Source of the DNA: Eledone cirrhosa
Lineage: Eukaryota
Reading direction: 5' to 3'
Assembly: GCA_964016885.1 (NCBI GenBank)
Contig: OZ024756.1
Location: forward strand, 37,262,001 to 37,326,000
DNA: 64,000 nucleotides
Each line of letters begins with the position of its first letter. Position 1 is the stretch's first letter. Below, piece after piece: positions 1 through 14,289 of this stretch. Under the pieces are notes generated by a model, which searched no databases, was not told the DNA's origin, and saw only the letters and a program-made list of their open reading frames with translations. A program made the translations under genes and the position numbers.

Positions 1-158
1 CTGCCATTCGCGTTCATCTTCGCTACCTCGTTAATACCATATCTTCTGCCACCTCTCACTCCTCCCTCATAAACTTCACCTCTTCCCCCTCCTCCCCCTC
101 CTCCTCTTCCTTCCTTTATATATATCTACCTTCTCTACTGTTAAGTCTAACACCCTCT

Positions 159-514
<356 letters not shown>

Positions 515-695
515 TGTGTGTCTGTCTGTCTATCTATCTACCCACCATTCTTTTCCTCTCTCTCTCTCGCTTTATATATATTTATTTATATATATATTTA
601 TGTATGTATATATGTGTGCGTGTGTGTGTTATGTATATATATATATATATATATATATTAATTAATGTTTTAAGTATATGTGTGTACGCGTGTAT

Positions 696-731
<36 letters not shown>

Positions 732-761
732 ACGCGTGTCTTCTTTACTTCACCTTAATCC

Positions 762-842
762 TCATTGGCTGAACGACGAAAGACCAATACACTTTGATTG
801 ACAACACAAGCACGACCGACTGATAGCTAGGCCACGCCCCTC
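762..842. promoter_or_regulatory. Candidate promoter-like island (two CCAAT boxes plus KLF/Sp GC box)
   Basis: ATTGG 765-769, CCAAT 784-788 and GGCCACGCCCC 830-840 in unique sequence between microsatellites. Motif match only. Confidence 0.3.
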
Positions 843-898
843 TTTCTCTGGCTTCACTTTTTCTTCTTCCGTCAACTTTCTTCTACTTCTTAAGCAGA

Positions 899-1011
<113 letters not shown>

Positions 1012-1069
1012 GCACACACACACACACATACACACAGACATACACACACACACACATACACAGACACAG

Positions 1070-1101
<32 letters not shown>

Positions 1102-1640
1102 ACACACATACAGATTCAAACAGGAACACTCATATACATACACACATACACAGAAACATACATGCCAACACGCACACACACACACACACACTCACACACA
1201 CACATACAGATTCAAACAGGAACACTCATATACATACACACATACACAGAAACATACATGCCAACACGCACACACACACAAACATACATGCCAACATACA
1301 CACAAACACACAGAAACATACATACCAACACACACACACACAGATCAGACATACGCACATTTATATAGACATGCACACGCATACATACACACAGTCTTAC
1401 ACACAGACACACACTCACACACACACATATTCAAATTGGAACACTCATACACATACACACATTCGTACATACACACACAGTCATACAAACACACATACAC
1501 ATACACACATTCATACATACACACATACACATACACACATTCATACATACACACACATATTTAGATATGCAGGCAGTCAGACAGGCAGACAGACAGATAA
1601 TTGCTGTGACAAGAAGTGTGTCAGCAAGATATACGCGCGC

Positions 1641-1900
<260 letters not shown>

Positions 1901-2096
1901 ATAACATTGTGTGTATGTGTGTGTATATATATATATATATTTATGTGTATATAATTATATGAATGCATGCATACACAACACATACACATACATATATATA
2001 TATATATGTGTGTATATATGTACGTATCTAAGTATGTATGTATATGAACACACACATATATATATATATATATCAATATACATACACACACACACG

Positions 2097-2154
<58 letters not shown>

Positions 2155-2336
2155 AAGGACATCTGCATACATACACACACACATATTCACGCATATACAC
2201 ACACATGTGTGTGAATGAAATACAAACTTATATGCACACAAATTGCATAAATTCACAAATTACTTAACATTGAGAGCAAGTTATATTTAGACACGCACGC
2301 TTATATATATACATATGTGTGTGTGTGTGTGTGTGT

Positions 2337-2410
<74 letters not shown>

Positions 2411-2428
2411 TGTGTGTGTGTGTGTGTG

Positions 2429-2493
<65 letters not shown>

Positions 2494-2499
2494 GTGTGT

Positions 2500-2530
<31 letters not shown>

Positions 2531-2650
2531 CGCGTGTCTCTGTCTGTGTGTGTGTGTGCGTGTAAAAGGTAAACATAAATAATAAAAATAATAAAACAAA
2601 CGACATGGAAGAAATATATTAGTTTAACGCTTGAAATAGCAGTAAGGGAG

Positions 2651-2686
2651 TCTTAACGTTTCGGACACCAGTCCTTCATCAGAGTT
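2651..2686 (-). ncRNA. Minimal hammerhead ribozyme motif (stem I degenerate)
   Basis: Minus strand reads CTGATGA-aGGAC-tggt-GTCC-GAAAC-GTT. Stem I pairing is poor in this copy. Confidence 0.6.
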
Positions 2687-2812
2687 CGAAATAGACGATA
2701 CATAGAAAGTAAAAAGAGATGAGAGGAAGGAATGGGGAAAACAAGGGAAAAAATTGAGGTGAAAAATCCACACGTGCTTATTCAGTCGACCATCGGAGGA
2801 AATGAAGATATT

Positions 2813-2855
2813 AATCTTGCTAGTTTCAACCTTCATTGGCGTCTCATCAGAGATC
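2813..2855 (-). ncRNA. Degenerate hammerhead ribozyme motif
   Basis: Minus strand gATCT-CTGATGA-gacgccaatgaaggtt-GAAA-ctag-CA-AGATt. Stem I ATCT/AGAT is intact; U16.1 appears mutated to C. Confidence 0.45.
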
Positions 2856-3047
2856 GGTTAAATATTCACTTTCGTTTGTTTTTAAATTGGATGTTTACTA
2901 AGAAATACGTATAATTGAAAGGTTTGCTTTACATTTCAAATGATCCTCCACGAGTGCTGTGTAGAGACTTTGTTGTATCGTCGTGTTCTTTTACTGGTTT
3001 TAGTAATTGGTTTGCGACCATGCTGGTAAATAGATAGATGGATAGAT

Positions 3048-3252
3048 ATGTTTCTTTATTTGCCACAGGGGCGCACAAAAATGGGACATTACAAGACGTG
3101 ACGGCGGGGGTTTTACATATATTCTTTAACAATGATAAATAACAATAAACTATATAAACATAAAACAAATGAAATCCCCATTAGGTGGGTGGGGGGTAAC
3201 GCTACTGCGGGGTTGTTTTACACCCCGGGGATAGAACAGCCCTCAACACCAG
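3048..3252 (-). mobile_element. Tx1/L1-like retrotransposon 3' end within a (GATA)n tract
   Basis: Minus strand ends ...CCCCTGTGGCAAATAAAGAAACAT(ATCT)n with AATAAA. Homologous to 51192-51360; GATA repeats on both flanks. Confidence 0.55.
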
Positions 3253-3334
3253 GATAGATAGATAATTAGATAGACAGATAGATAGATAGGTAGATAGGTA
3301 AGTAGATAGATAAATAGATAGATAGGTAGGTAGC

Positions 3335-3370
<36 letters not shown>

Positions 3371-3457
3371 AGATAGATAGATAGGTAGGTTGTTGGGGGG
3401 TAGGTAGGTAGATGGATAGATAGATAGATAGAGATAGAGAGAGAGAGAGAGAGAGGG

Positions 3458-3529
<72 letters not shown>

Positions 3530-3606
3530 AAAACCAGACACAGAGAAACAGATGGTTTTTCTTCTGACTTTACAATTAACCCATTTCTTACAATATATGT
3601 ATTTCT

Positions 3607-3624
3607 TACTGCTGCTGCTGCTGC

Positions 3625-3682
<58 letters not shown>

Positions 3683-4315
3683 ACTGTTGTTGTTATTGTT
3701 GTTATTGCTGCTGTTGCTGTTATTGCTGCTGTTATTACTGTTATTACTGTTGCTGTTATTGTTGCTGTTATTTTTGCTGTTATTATGTTGTTGTTATTTT
3801 TGCTGTTATTACTGTTGCTGTTATTGTTGCTGTTATTGTTGTTGTTATTACTGTTGCTGTTATTGTTGCTGTTATTTTTGCTGTTATTACTGTTGCTGTT
3901 ATTGTTGCTGTTATTGTTGCTGTTATTACTGTTGCTGTTATTGTTGCTGTTATTGTTGCTGTTATTACTGTTGCTGTTATTGTTGCTGTTATTTTTGCTG
4001 TTATTTTTGCTGTTATTGTTGCTGTTATTGTTGTTGTTATTGTTGCTGTTATTTTTGCTGTTATTGTTGTTGTTATTACTGTTATTACTGTTGCTGTTAT
4101 TGCTGTTATTATTGTTGTTGTTATTGCTGCTGTTATTGCTGCTGTTATTGTTGTTGTTATTGTTGCTGTTATTGTTGCTGTTATTGTTGTTGTTATTGTT
4201 GCTGTTATTGTTGCTGTTATTGTTGTTGTTATTACTGTTATTACTGTTGCTGTTATTGCTGTTATTATTGTTGTTGTTATTGCTGCTGTTATTGCTGCTG
4301 TTATTGTTGTTATTA
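3607..4315. repeat. Compound trinucleotide microsatellite (TGT/TGC/TAT)
   Basis: Direct inspection; explains the poly-Leu/Cys/Tyr pseudo-ORFs. Confidence 0.95.
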
Positions 4316-4390
4316 ACTGTTATTACAGTTGTTACTAGCAGGTCGGGAGATCAGGTAGTAGCTCCTTCATTGATATCATTGTAGTTGGTG

Positions 4391-4588
4391 GATTGGCAGA
4401 ATCGGTAGAGCGTCGAACACCATTCTTTGCGGCATAGAGTTTATGGCCCTTTACGTTCTGAGTTCAAATCTCGCCGAGGTTAACTTTGCCTTTTATAAAA
4501 TTAAGTACCAGTAATACTCTGGGGTCGATTTAATCGACTTTCCCCTCCCCCAAAAATGGTTGGCCTTGTGCCTAAATCAGAAACCAAT
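4391..4588 (+). mobile_element. tRNA-derived SINE (family S1) with TSD
   Basis: A-box-like TGGCAGAATCGGTAGAGCG, B-box GAGTTCAAATC, family tail TTGGCCTTGTGCCTAAATCAGAAAC. Flanked by ATTGTAGTTGGTG at 4378-4390 and 4589-4601. Confidence 0.85.
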
Positions 4589-4673
4589 ATTGTAGTTGGT
4601 GCTGTTGTGGATCTTACTGTTGTTGTAGTTGTTGTTTAGCCCTAGGCAAGCCTTTATTGAGCAAACATATAAT

Positions 4674-4899
4674 GGTTTCTTATATAGGCACAAGTCCAGC
4701 AATTTTGGGGTAGGGGAAAGTCGATTAAATCAACCCCAGTGCGTGGTGTGACTCGTATTTTATTTTATTGATCCCCGTAAAGATGAAAGCTCAAAGTTAA
4801 CCTCGGCGAGATTTGAATTCAGATCATAAAAGGCTGTAACTCTATGCTGCAAAGCATGGCGTCCGACCCTCTACCGATACTGCCAATCCACCGTCCTTC
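4674..4899 (-). mobile_element. SINE S1, full length, nested in an older repeat
   Basis: Reverse complement of the S1 consensus. 15-bp TSD GAGCAAAC(A/G)TATAAT at 4659-4673 and 4900-4914. Confidence 0.88.
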
Positions 4900-4914
4900 G
4901 AGCAAACGTATAAT

Positions 4915-5075
4915 AAAAAGCATTCCAGCCGTGACCACTCCGTATCCTTCCTAAGTACAGGGGACGCTGGACTACATTACATAGCGTGTTCTTTAATGAG
5001 ACGAAGGGGAAGGAGTTGAGGGAGATTTGGCTGCTATTACTAGCCGGCTGAGCGACTATGTTGTGATCTCCCCTT
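4915..5075 (+). mobile_element. Older interspersed repeat (GAGGGAGATTTGGCTGCTATT family)
   Basis: Related segments at ~19060-19150 (+) and ~15270-15420 (-). Confidence 0.5.
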
Positions 5076-5345
5076 TGACATGATACGTTTGGAATCACTG
5101 GATTTGCATTTACTATGCATAACTTGACACACGGAGTTCAAATACTCCCTGTATAAATGATATCAAGTACCAGTCATACACTGAGGTAGATGAGATCGTT
5201 TATACAGCTCCCCTACCCACATTGAAGCTGGTGGTGATAGTGTTAATAGCAATAATGGTGGTTGCATTTTCTGACGATGGAGTGAGTACATACGGTTGTG
5301 TGTGTGTATGAATATATATGTGTATGAATATATATGTGTGTATGA

Positions 5346-5385
<40 letters not shown>

Positions 5386-5445
5386 CATACTCCTACCCAG
5401 TGGAATGAGTTTGAGAAAACATATGCTTACGTTTGAACGCATATG

Positions 5446-5499
<54 letters not shown>

Positions 5500-5648
5500 C
5501 ATTCATGCATGCATGTGTAGAAGAGATGTGTGTGTGTGTATACGTGGCCTAATGTCCCACGAAGGACAAAATGGATTAAAATTAATGTGTGTATATATAT
5601 ATATATATATTTACATACATACATATATATTTGTATATACATACATAT

Positions 5649-5733
<85 letters not shown>

Positions 5734-6242
5734 TATATACATACATATATGAAAATATTCCTTTCTCTGTGTGTGTCCATATTTATAGACGTGTTAGCTA
5801 TCGTATCATATTTCACAGTGACACTTCTCCCTTGTCAAATGATACTGTTTTTAGTCATCACGTGACACCAGTCCTCTATCCCGAATTGACCCAAAATTTG
5901 GCAGCCATATTTCTTACAGATCTGAAACATTAAAAAATGATTAAAAATAAAATAAAATAAAATCTCCCCTGAAATGTAAACAAAATTATATCGAAATCAA
6001 AACATAATTATAAATTAATTTCATCGAATCAATTACAATTGAAATTTGAACATTGAAAATGTGTTAAACTGTTGTATATGTATATATTATTTTTTTAACT
6101 ATTTATTGCTGTTTTGGTTAGTTTTGTTGTTATTGCTGTTGCTGTTGTTGTTACTATAAACTTCTAATTTAATTATGTGTATATGTATAAAATAGTTTGT
6201 TACATCCATCAATCCATTTATCCATGTATACATTCATACATA

Positions 6243-6274
<32 letters not shown>

Positions 6275-6379
6275 CATACATACATTCATACATACATACA
6301 TACATACATACATACATACATACATACATACATACATACATACATACATACATACATACATACATACATACATACATAC

Positions 6380-6560
6380 ATGGTGGCTGCCAACTCGCTT
6401 TCGAGTACGGTCACTACTTTATATCCATGTAGGAGAACCCCTACCGATGCGCTGAACGAGTGACTTTTTAGTCCAGCCAGCGACTTGAAAACTCTGGTAC
6501 AAACACTACACTTGTGACAATTATTGACACATAGTGCTGGGCCCATGGTACCATGTGAGG
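6380..6560 (-). mobile_element. RTE-clade LINE 3' end with C-terminal zinc finger and (ATGT)n tail
   Basis: Minus-strand peptide HKCSVCTRVFKSLAGLKSH resembles the terminal C2H2 finger of RTE/BovB ORF2. A short UTR then runs into (TATG)n. Confidence 0.65.
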
Positions 6561-6828
6561 ACAAGTGCAGAGAGATCTCCAGATATAAAGCAATGCCTGT
6601 GCCGTGAAGCTTTTATAGTGAGCAAAGGCACTGCACAAAGCCAGTCCCACTCTCTTAACCAAGATGATATTTACCAAAAAGAAGAACAAGTCAACACCAT
6701 TGGATACCATCATACATACATACATACATACATACATAAATGTAAAAGGTAAACAGAAATAACAACACAATCGGTACAGTATATGAAAGGAATATATTAG
6801 GTTAACGCTTAATATAGCAGGCAGAGGG

Positions 6829-6864
6829 TCTTAACGTTTCGGACACTAGTCCTTCATCAGAAGA
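6829..6864 (-). ncRNA. Minimal type I hammerhead ribozyme motif (family G copy 2)
   Basis: Minus strand TCTT-CTGATGA-aGGAC-tagt-GTCC-GAA-ACGT-T-AAGA: 4-bp stem I, 4-bp stem II, palindromic ACGT stem III. Confidence 0.75.
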
Positions 6865-6995
6865 AAGAATGAGAAATAAGATAGATTGAAGCGGCGGGCG
6901 GGTTGGAATTGGAAAAAATGTCTTTAGATAAAAATAACAGGTCCATTCATGTTGACATCTCTTGGAAAACATACACTCATATATATATATATGTG

Positions 6996-7036
<41 letters not shown>

Positions 7037-7114
7037 GTGTGTGTGTGTAATGTGGTCCACACATCCTTCTTCTGTTAACCTCATACTCTAATATATATAT
7101 ATATATATATATAA

Positions 7115-7244
<130 letters not shown>

Positions 7245-7423
7245 CGTGTGTATATATGATTAGTTGTGTGTGAGTAAAACATGTGTTCAGGTGTTTCTCG
7301 GAATGTGTGTTTGTATCTGTGTGTCTTTGTAGGTGTGTATGTATGTGTATGTGTCAATGTATGTATATATATGTTTGTATCTGTGTGTCTTTGTAGGTGT
7401 GTATGTATGTGTATGTGTCACTG

Positions 7424-7496
<73 letters not shown>

Positions 7497-8370
7497 TTGT
7501 ATCTGACACACGGGAGAAGATCTATGTACTATCTACTATCTGTCAATCGGGGTGGGGGAGCTGAAGGTGGGGGCTTTGGAAAAGGGAAAGAGATTGGGGA
7601 GGTTAGAACAGGGGTACAGGTGGGTAAGTGTTGTTGTTGATGGTGGCGCTTGTCGTGGTGGTGGTGGTGGTGGTGGTGGTGATGGCTGTTGCAGTGGGCG
7701 GCTGTAATGATGGTGGTGATGGCAGGGATGGTGGTGGTGGTGGTGGTGCAGTTGTTGTTGAAGTGGTAGTGGCAGTGATTGGGATGGTGTTGGTGATGGT
7801 GGATAGTGACAGTGATGGTGGTGGTGATGGTTGTAGTGGTGGTGGATGGTGACAGTGATGGTGGTGGTGATGGTAGTAGTGGGAATGGATGGTGACAGTG
7901 ATGGTGGTGGTGATGGTTGTAGTGGTGGTGGATGGTGACAGTGATGGTGGTGGTGATGGTTGTAGTGGGAGTGGATGGTGACAGTGATGGTGGTGGTGAT
8001 GGTTGTAGTGGGAGTGGATGGTGATAGTGGTGGCGCTAGATAGGGGTGGTGGTGGTGGTGGTGGTGATCTTGGGATTACAGAACCACCCTCACAGCCCGA
8101 CTGTTTTAATACCGACACACACACACACACGCGCGCGTTCATATACATATACAATCCCTTATACTATAATACACACATAAACGTACACACTTAAATATGT
8201 GCATATATATATACTCGTATATATATACAGCCATATATTGCAACATACACACATATATATACACCCACATTCTTCTACACAAAGATAAACACTGATCAGA
8301 AGGAGACATGCTTCCATAGTCGAGTGTCGCCTATCTGATTTTGACATTATACATACATGCTTACATACGT

Positions 8371-8451
<81 letters not shown>

Positions 8452-8596
8452 AATATATATATATATAGTTATATACGTCTTCATGCTGATGTATATTCTT
8501 ATATATATATGTATATGTGTATATATACATATATATGTGTGTGTATATATATATGTGTGTGTGTGTATATAAATATATAAGAAGATATAGATATAG

Positions 8597-8665
<69 letters not shown>

Positions 8666-8774
8666 TAGATATAGATATATATATAGAGATATATACATAC
8701 GTATGTGTACTATTTGTAAGTATTTGACGATAAATAAATATGTACATATGAACATACACACATATACGTGTATC

Positions 8775-8992
8775 TGTGTGACAAAGGGTCAGATCAGGTC
8801 AGAAGCTAACGTATCCAGCTGATCCGGCTGCATCCTCAAGCGAGACCAGTCGAGCTCCAAGATATTATCCAACGCCATTTTGCTCGGGGTCTACATCTGG
8901 ATCATCTGCCAGTTGGTTTTGCCAGTAAAATCTTTCCAGTGATTCTTTCCTGAGTCATTCTAGCCACATGACATGCTCATAGTACTTGAGCT

Positions 8993-8995
<3 letters not shown>
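8775..8995 (-). mobile_element. Decayed RTE-type LINE ORF2 C-terminal fragment
   Basis: Minus strand, frameshifted: QLKYYEHV...GKILLAKPTGR*SRCRPRAKW...LDNILELDWSRL, matching the L.W.GHV.RM / R.RGRPR..W motifs. Confidence 0.6.
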
Positions 8996-9059
<64 letters not shown>

Positions 9060-9447
9060 ATATATATTGTTATACTTTGGGAGGGTCATGTTGCCAATAA
9101 GAAACACAAGCACCAGCTGCTTTCACTTCAATTTATTATAATAAATTTATAAATTTAGGAATTTATAAATTCATAAATTTCCGGTTGGTTGGTTGGTTCC
9201 ACAACCAGATCGTTGTTTATATATTGTCAAAGTTCTTTCGTCACACATTCTGTGACCTCTTCAGTGACTGGGGATTCTTTTCTTTGTTTTTGTGCCTCTC
9301 CTTTGTTCTGTCCTACGCCATCTTGTTTCTGTGTGCGTGTCAACATATATATACATACACATACTTATTTTATAAATGTGTATAACAGGATGATGTAATA
9401 AACAGAAGATGTATACGTGATACCGTCTCTCTTCTATTTTATAATAT

Positions 9448-9545
<98 letters not shown>

Positions 9546-10023
9546 AACAGAGAGAGAGAAAGAACGAGGAAGAGATATGTAGAAATAGGCGGTGGTATAA
9601 CTATCTATTACTCGATATATCGATTTTGTCATGATCAATCAACCCTCTGAAACGATCCCAAAACAATTAATTAAGAACCCTTTGTTTTATTTTCGTTGTT
9701 CAAATCCCACCCCATCACATGTATATATATTTTTAACCTGTTAGTTTTTTCGTTGCTCTGGCATTGTGTGTTAGGTTTTGCCTACCACAATGTTCAATTT
9801 GTCAAGCTATTTAAACGTATGTTGTTACTCTAAGGACCTACCTTATTGAGTGCTTTGCTAACTCATTCCTATTGTAGGTCGACTTTGCTTGCCCACAGCC
9901 AAAGCTTCGATTTTACTAAGACTCCACATGTATATATATATATAAAAGAAAATTTCGCTCTACATGGCTGAATACAATAAATGTAATCGGACATGGCTAT
10001 AAAATTGAGGCTTGTTTGCATAA

Positions 10024-10146
10024 CGATCTGAGTTCAAATCCCGCCAAAGTTAACTTTGCCTTTCATCCTTACGGGGTCGATAAAATAAAGTACCAGTAAT
10101 GTACTGAGTATTTGCTGGCCTTGTGCCTAAAGTAGAAACAATTATT
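10024..10146 (+). mobile_element. SINE S1, 5'-truncated
   Basis: GAGTTCAAATCCCGCC...TTTCATCCTTACGGGGTCGATAAAATAAAGTACCAG...GGCCTTGTGCCTAAAGTAGAAAC. Confidence 0.85.
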
Positions 10147-10166
10147 AATATTCGAAAAACTCAGAT

Positions 10167-10194
<28 letters not shown>

Positions 10195-10199
<5 letters not shown>

Positions 10200-10306
10200 C
10201 ATGAGAAGAAAGAAGGATACTGCGTGGTTGCACATAGGTTACATATGATAAAAATAGTCCTTCGTCAGTGATTTTCCAAGCATCATTGGTATTTCATCGC
10301 ATATAC

Positions 10307-10308
<2 letters not shown>
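10195..10308 (-). mobile_element. TA-inserted element related to family C (54697-54838)
   Basis: Minus strand AAATCACTGACGAAGGACTATTTTTATCATATGTAACCTATGTGCAACCACGCAGTAT aligns by eye with AAATCACTGATGAGGGACTTATTTTATTACATGTTACCATGTGCTACCTGCAGTAT. Confidence 0.6.
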
Positions 10309-10343
<35 letters not shown>

Positions 10344-10370
10344 CTGAGTTTTTCGAATATTAATAATTGT

Positions 10371-10411
<41 letters not shown>

Positions 10412-10452
10412 GGAGGTGAGTTTTATTGTAGTACAATAAAGCAATCTTATAT

Positions 10453-10622
<170 letters not shown>

Positions 10623-10679
10623 GTATATATATATTTATATATATATATATATATATATAAATATATATATATATATGTG

Positions 10680-10737
<58 letters not shown>

Positions 10738-12069
10738 CATGCTTACCCTCTTTTTAACGCTGTAGCACCTCATTATTCACTTTACCCCGTCGCATCTCTC
10801 CCCCTCTTGTTGCTACCCTAGCTAATGCTGTTGATGATGATGTTGCTGAAGTTGATGATGATGATGATGATGATGATGATAATGGTGGTGATGGTGGTGA
10901 TGATGATGACTGACTGACTAACTGACTATCATAGGTTAAGTCTCCCTTTCAACATATGTGAATATATGTGTGTGTGTGAGTATGTGTGTATATGTACCAC
11001 TACCACCAGAAGATCACCGCCACCACCACCACCACCAGCCCCATCACTACCACTACCACCACCACCACCACCACCACCACCACCATCATCACTACCACTA
11101 GCACCACCACCACCACCATCACCACCACCGCCACCATCACCACCACCACCACCATCACTACCACTACCACCACCACCACCACCATCACCACCACCACCAC
11201 CATCACCACCACCACCACCATCACTACCACTACCACCGCCACCACCACCATCACTACTATAATTACCACCACCAGACGATCACTAGTACTACCACCGCCA
11301 CCACCACCGCTACCACCACTACTATTACTACCACCACCACCAGAGGATCACTACCACTACCGCCAACACCATCACCACTACCACTAACACCACCACCACA
11401 CCCACTACGAACACCACTAACACTGCCATCAATGCCTCCACCAACACCACCAACACCACATCACCACCACCACATCACTACCACGACATTACCTTCATCC
11501 GCACCACCACTGCAACCAAAATACCCCCCCCCCCCATCCACCACCACCACCACCACCACCACCACCACCACCATCACCACCACCACCACCACCACCACCA
11601 CCACCACCATCACCACCACCACCACCACCACCACCACCACCACCACCACCACCACCACCACCACCACCACCACCACCACTATCAATCATCGACTACTTTT
11701 CAATTCTAGTAGACTTCAATCTCATGTTTATACTCGGACGTATGTGTATGTATGTGTATGTATATATATGCATGTATGTGTGTGAATGCGTATATACGTG
11801 TATGTATATATATATATATATATGCATGTATGTGTGTATATATGTATATATGTGTATCTGCACTTTTGTATGTGTTCGTGTATATCTATATATGTGTAAG
11901 TATATGTGTATACGTGCATATATATATATATTTATATGCACGTATACACATATACTTACACATATATAGATATACACGAACACATACAAAAGTACAGATA
12001 TATATATACATGCGTGTATACTGGTATATGGGCATATTTATGTCTCTATGTGTGTACGTGTGTATATGC

Positions 12070-12102
<33 letters not shown>

Positions 12103-12211
12103 TATATGCGTGTGTACATATATGTATGAGTGCATGTACACGTTAGTATATATGTGTATATGTGTACGTGTATTTGTGCATAATTTTATTCGTATGTGTA
12201 GTGTATGTATG

Positions 12212-12276
<65 letters not shown>

Positions 12277-12555
12277 ATGTGTATATGTGTGTGCGTGTGT
12301 ATGTATGCGCGTTTATGCGCGTGTATATTGGTACTTATCATTATAGGTATGTTATGTAAGGTAGTATATGTTTCAAGCTTTATACACTCGTGTATGTATG
12401 TCTGTTAGTTTGTCACTGTTTGTGAGCTGATATTCTTATATACACACAGCATGTATGTATATATGCGCATATTAGCCTGTTGCTATATCCATATGTGTAT
12501 GGGTATGTGAGTGTGTATGTGTCTATGTGTGTTGATATATCTGCATCTGTATATA

Positions 12556-12627
<72 letters not shown>

Positions 12628-12643
12628 GTGTGTGTGTGTGTGT

Positions 12644-12676
<33 letters not shown>

Positions 12677-12712
12677 AGTGCTTGTGTGTGTGTCTGTGTG
12701 TGTGTCTGTGAC

Positions 12713-12847
<135 letters not shown>

Positions 12848-12883
12848 AGTGCTTGTGTGTGTGTCTGTGTGTGTGTCTGTGAC

Positions 12884-12937
<54 letters not shown>

Positions 12938-13045
12938 CATATCAGAATATATGTACGTATGAATGTATGTATAAATAAGCACAGGCGTACACATACACAC
13001 ACACAGAGGCACATGCTCATACGCACATGCACACACATACAAACA

Positions 13046-13084
<39 letters not shown>

Positions 13085-13492
13085 ACACTGATATAGGGAT
13101 GAATCTAGCGAGGTTACGGAGGAAAGGGACGTAATACGAAGAAGAAGCTGAAGGATGAAGGGAATGGAAAACAAGAATACGAGAATGGGGATAGGGGGAG
13201 GCGGAGGGTGAAATTGAGGGGAGGAGTGGTATGTAAAAGAAGCGTAAAGTGATAGAGAGTAAACGCCAGAAAAATGGGGTGATAGTTAATGGTGGTGTGT
13301 TGCATGATGGGAAGGGGCAGACAGCTGAAGGAGAAATAGGTGTTTCTTTAGGGAGTCTTTGTTCCAACACAGAGATTTTTTGGTAAAATCTGGCAAGTAA
13401 GGGTTGAGGAGGTGCTGGTGGCGGGGGTTGAAGTATTGCAATGATAAACTTTCACTGTTGAACCAAACTTTCTTTCGTCATTTCTTATTTTG

Positions 13493-13890
13493 TCTGTCTT
13501 CTGCCTTCTATATTCTGTCTTCTGTCTTCTATATTCTGTCTTCTGTCTTCTATATTCTGTCTTCTGTCTTCTATATTCTGTCTTCTGTCTTCTACCTTCT
13601 GTCTTCTGTCTTCTATCTTCTGTCTTCTGTCTTCTGTCTTCTACCTTCTGTCTTCTAGCACCTTCTGTCATTTACCATCTTCAGTCTTCTGTCTTCTATC
13701 TTCTATCTTCTATCTTCTGTCTTCTGTCTTCTGTCTTCTATCTTCTGTCTTCTGTCTTCTGTCTTCTACCTTCTGTCTTCTAGCACCTTCTGACATTTAC
13801 CTCTGTCTTCTTCTATCTTCAGTCTTCTGTCTTCTATCTTCTATCTTCTATCTTCAGTTTTCTCTCTTCTGCCGTCTTCTGTCTTCTCTC
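13493..13890. repeat. Heptamer minisatellite (TCTTCTG)n with TCTTCTA variants
   Basis: Direct inspection. Confidence 0.9.
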
Positions 13891-13891
13891 T

Positions 13892-14075
13892 TCCATGCTT
13901 CACTGCATAGAATTACGGCCTCTTGTGTTCTGAGTTCAAATCCCGCCGAGGTTAGCTTTGCCTTTCATCCTTACGGGGATCGATAAAATAAAGCACCAGT
14001 AATGCACTGGGGTTGATTCAAAACTATTTTCCTCCTCCTCAAATTGCTGGCCTTGAGCCCAAATCAGAAACCATT
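13892..14075 (+). mobile_element. SINE S1
   Basis: B box, central TTTCATCCTTACGGGG.TCGATAAAATAAAG domain and family tail. Confidence 0.85.
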
Positions 14076-14289
14076 ATTATCATTATTCGTCTTCGTTTTT
14101 TTTCTTCCTTTTCTTCTGTTGCCCCATTTTTAGATTGGTTTTTGGTATTTTCACAATTTCTGTTGTTCTTCCTCCCTTTTCCTCACAACTCTCTGTCATT
14201 TCAGATTCTGTTGTTCTGGGAGAAGGAGGTGGTGAGGGGAGCATTTTTGTTATGTTTTTGTGTGGTTTTGTAGCTATTTTCATTGGTTT

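Larger units (their letters stand above)
2561..2860 (-). mobile_element. Penelope-like pLTR-type fragment with two hammerhead motifs (family G copy 1)
   Basis: 2561-2690 is homologous to 6741-6865 (shared TGTAAAAGGTAAACA...AATATATTAG.TTAACGCTT...TCTTAACGTTTCGGACAC.AGTCCTTCATCAGA). Two CTGATGA...GAAAC motifs on the minus strand. Confidence 0.65.

Noticed and set aside
6460-6525. C2H2 finger as an exon of the SNAG zinc-finger gene
   Set aside because: Wrong strand and position, and it is followed by a LINE-type microsatellite tail.
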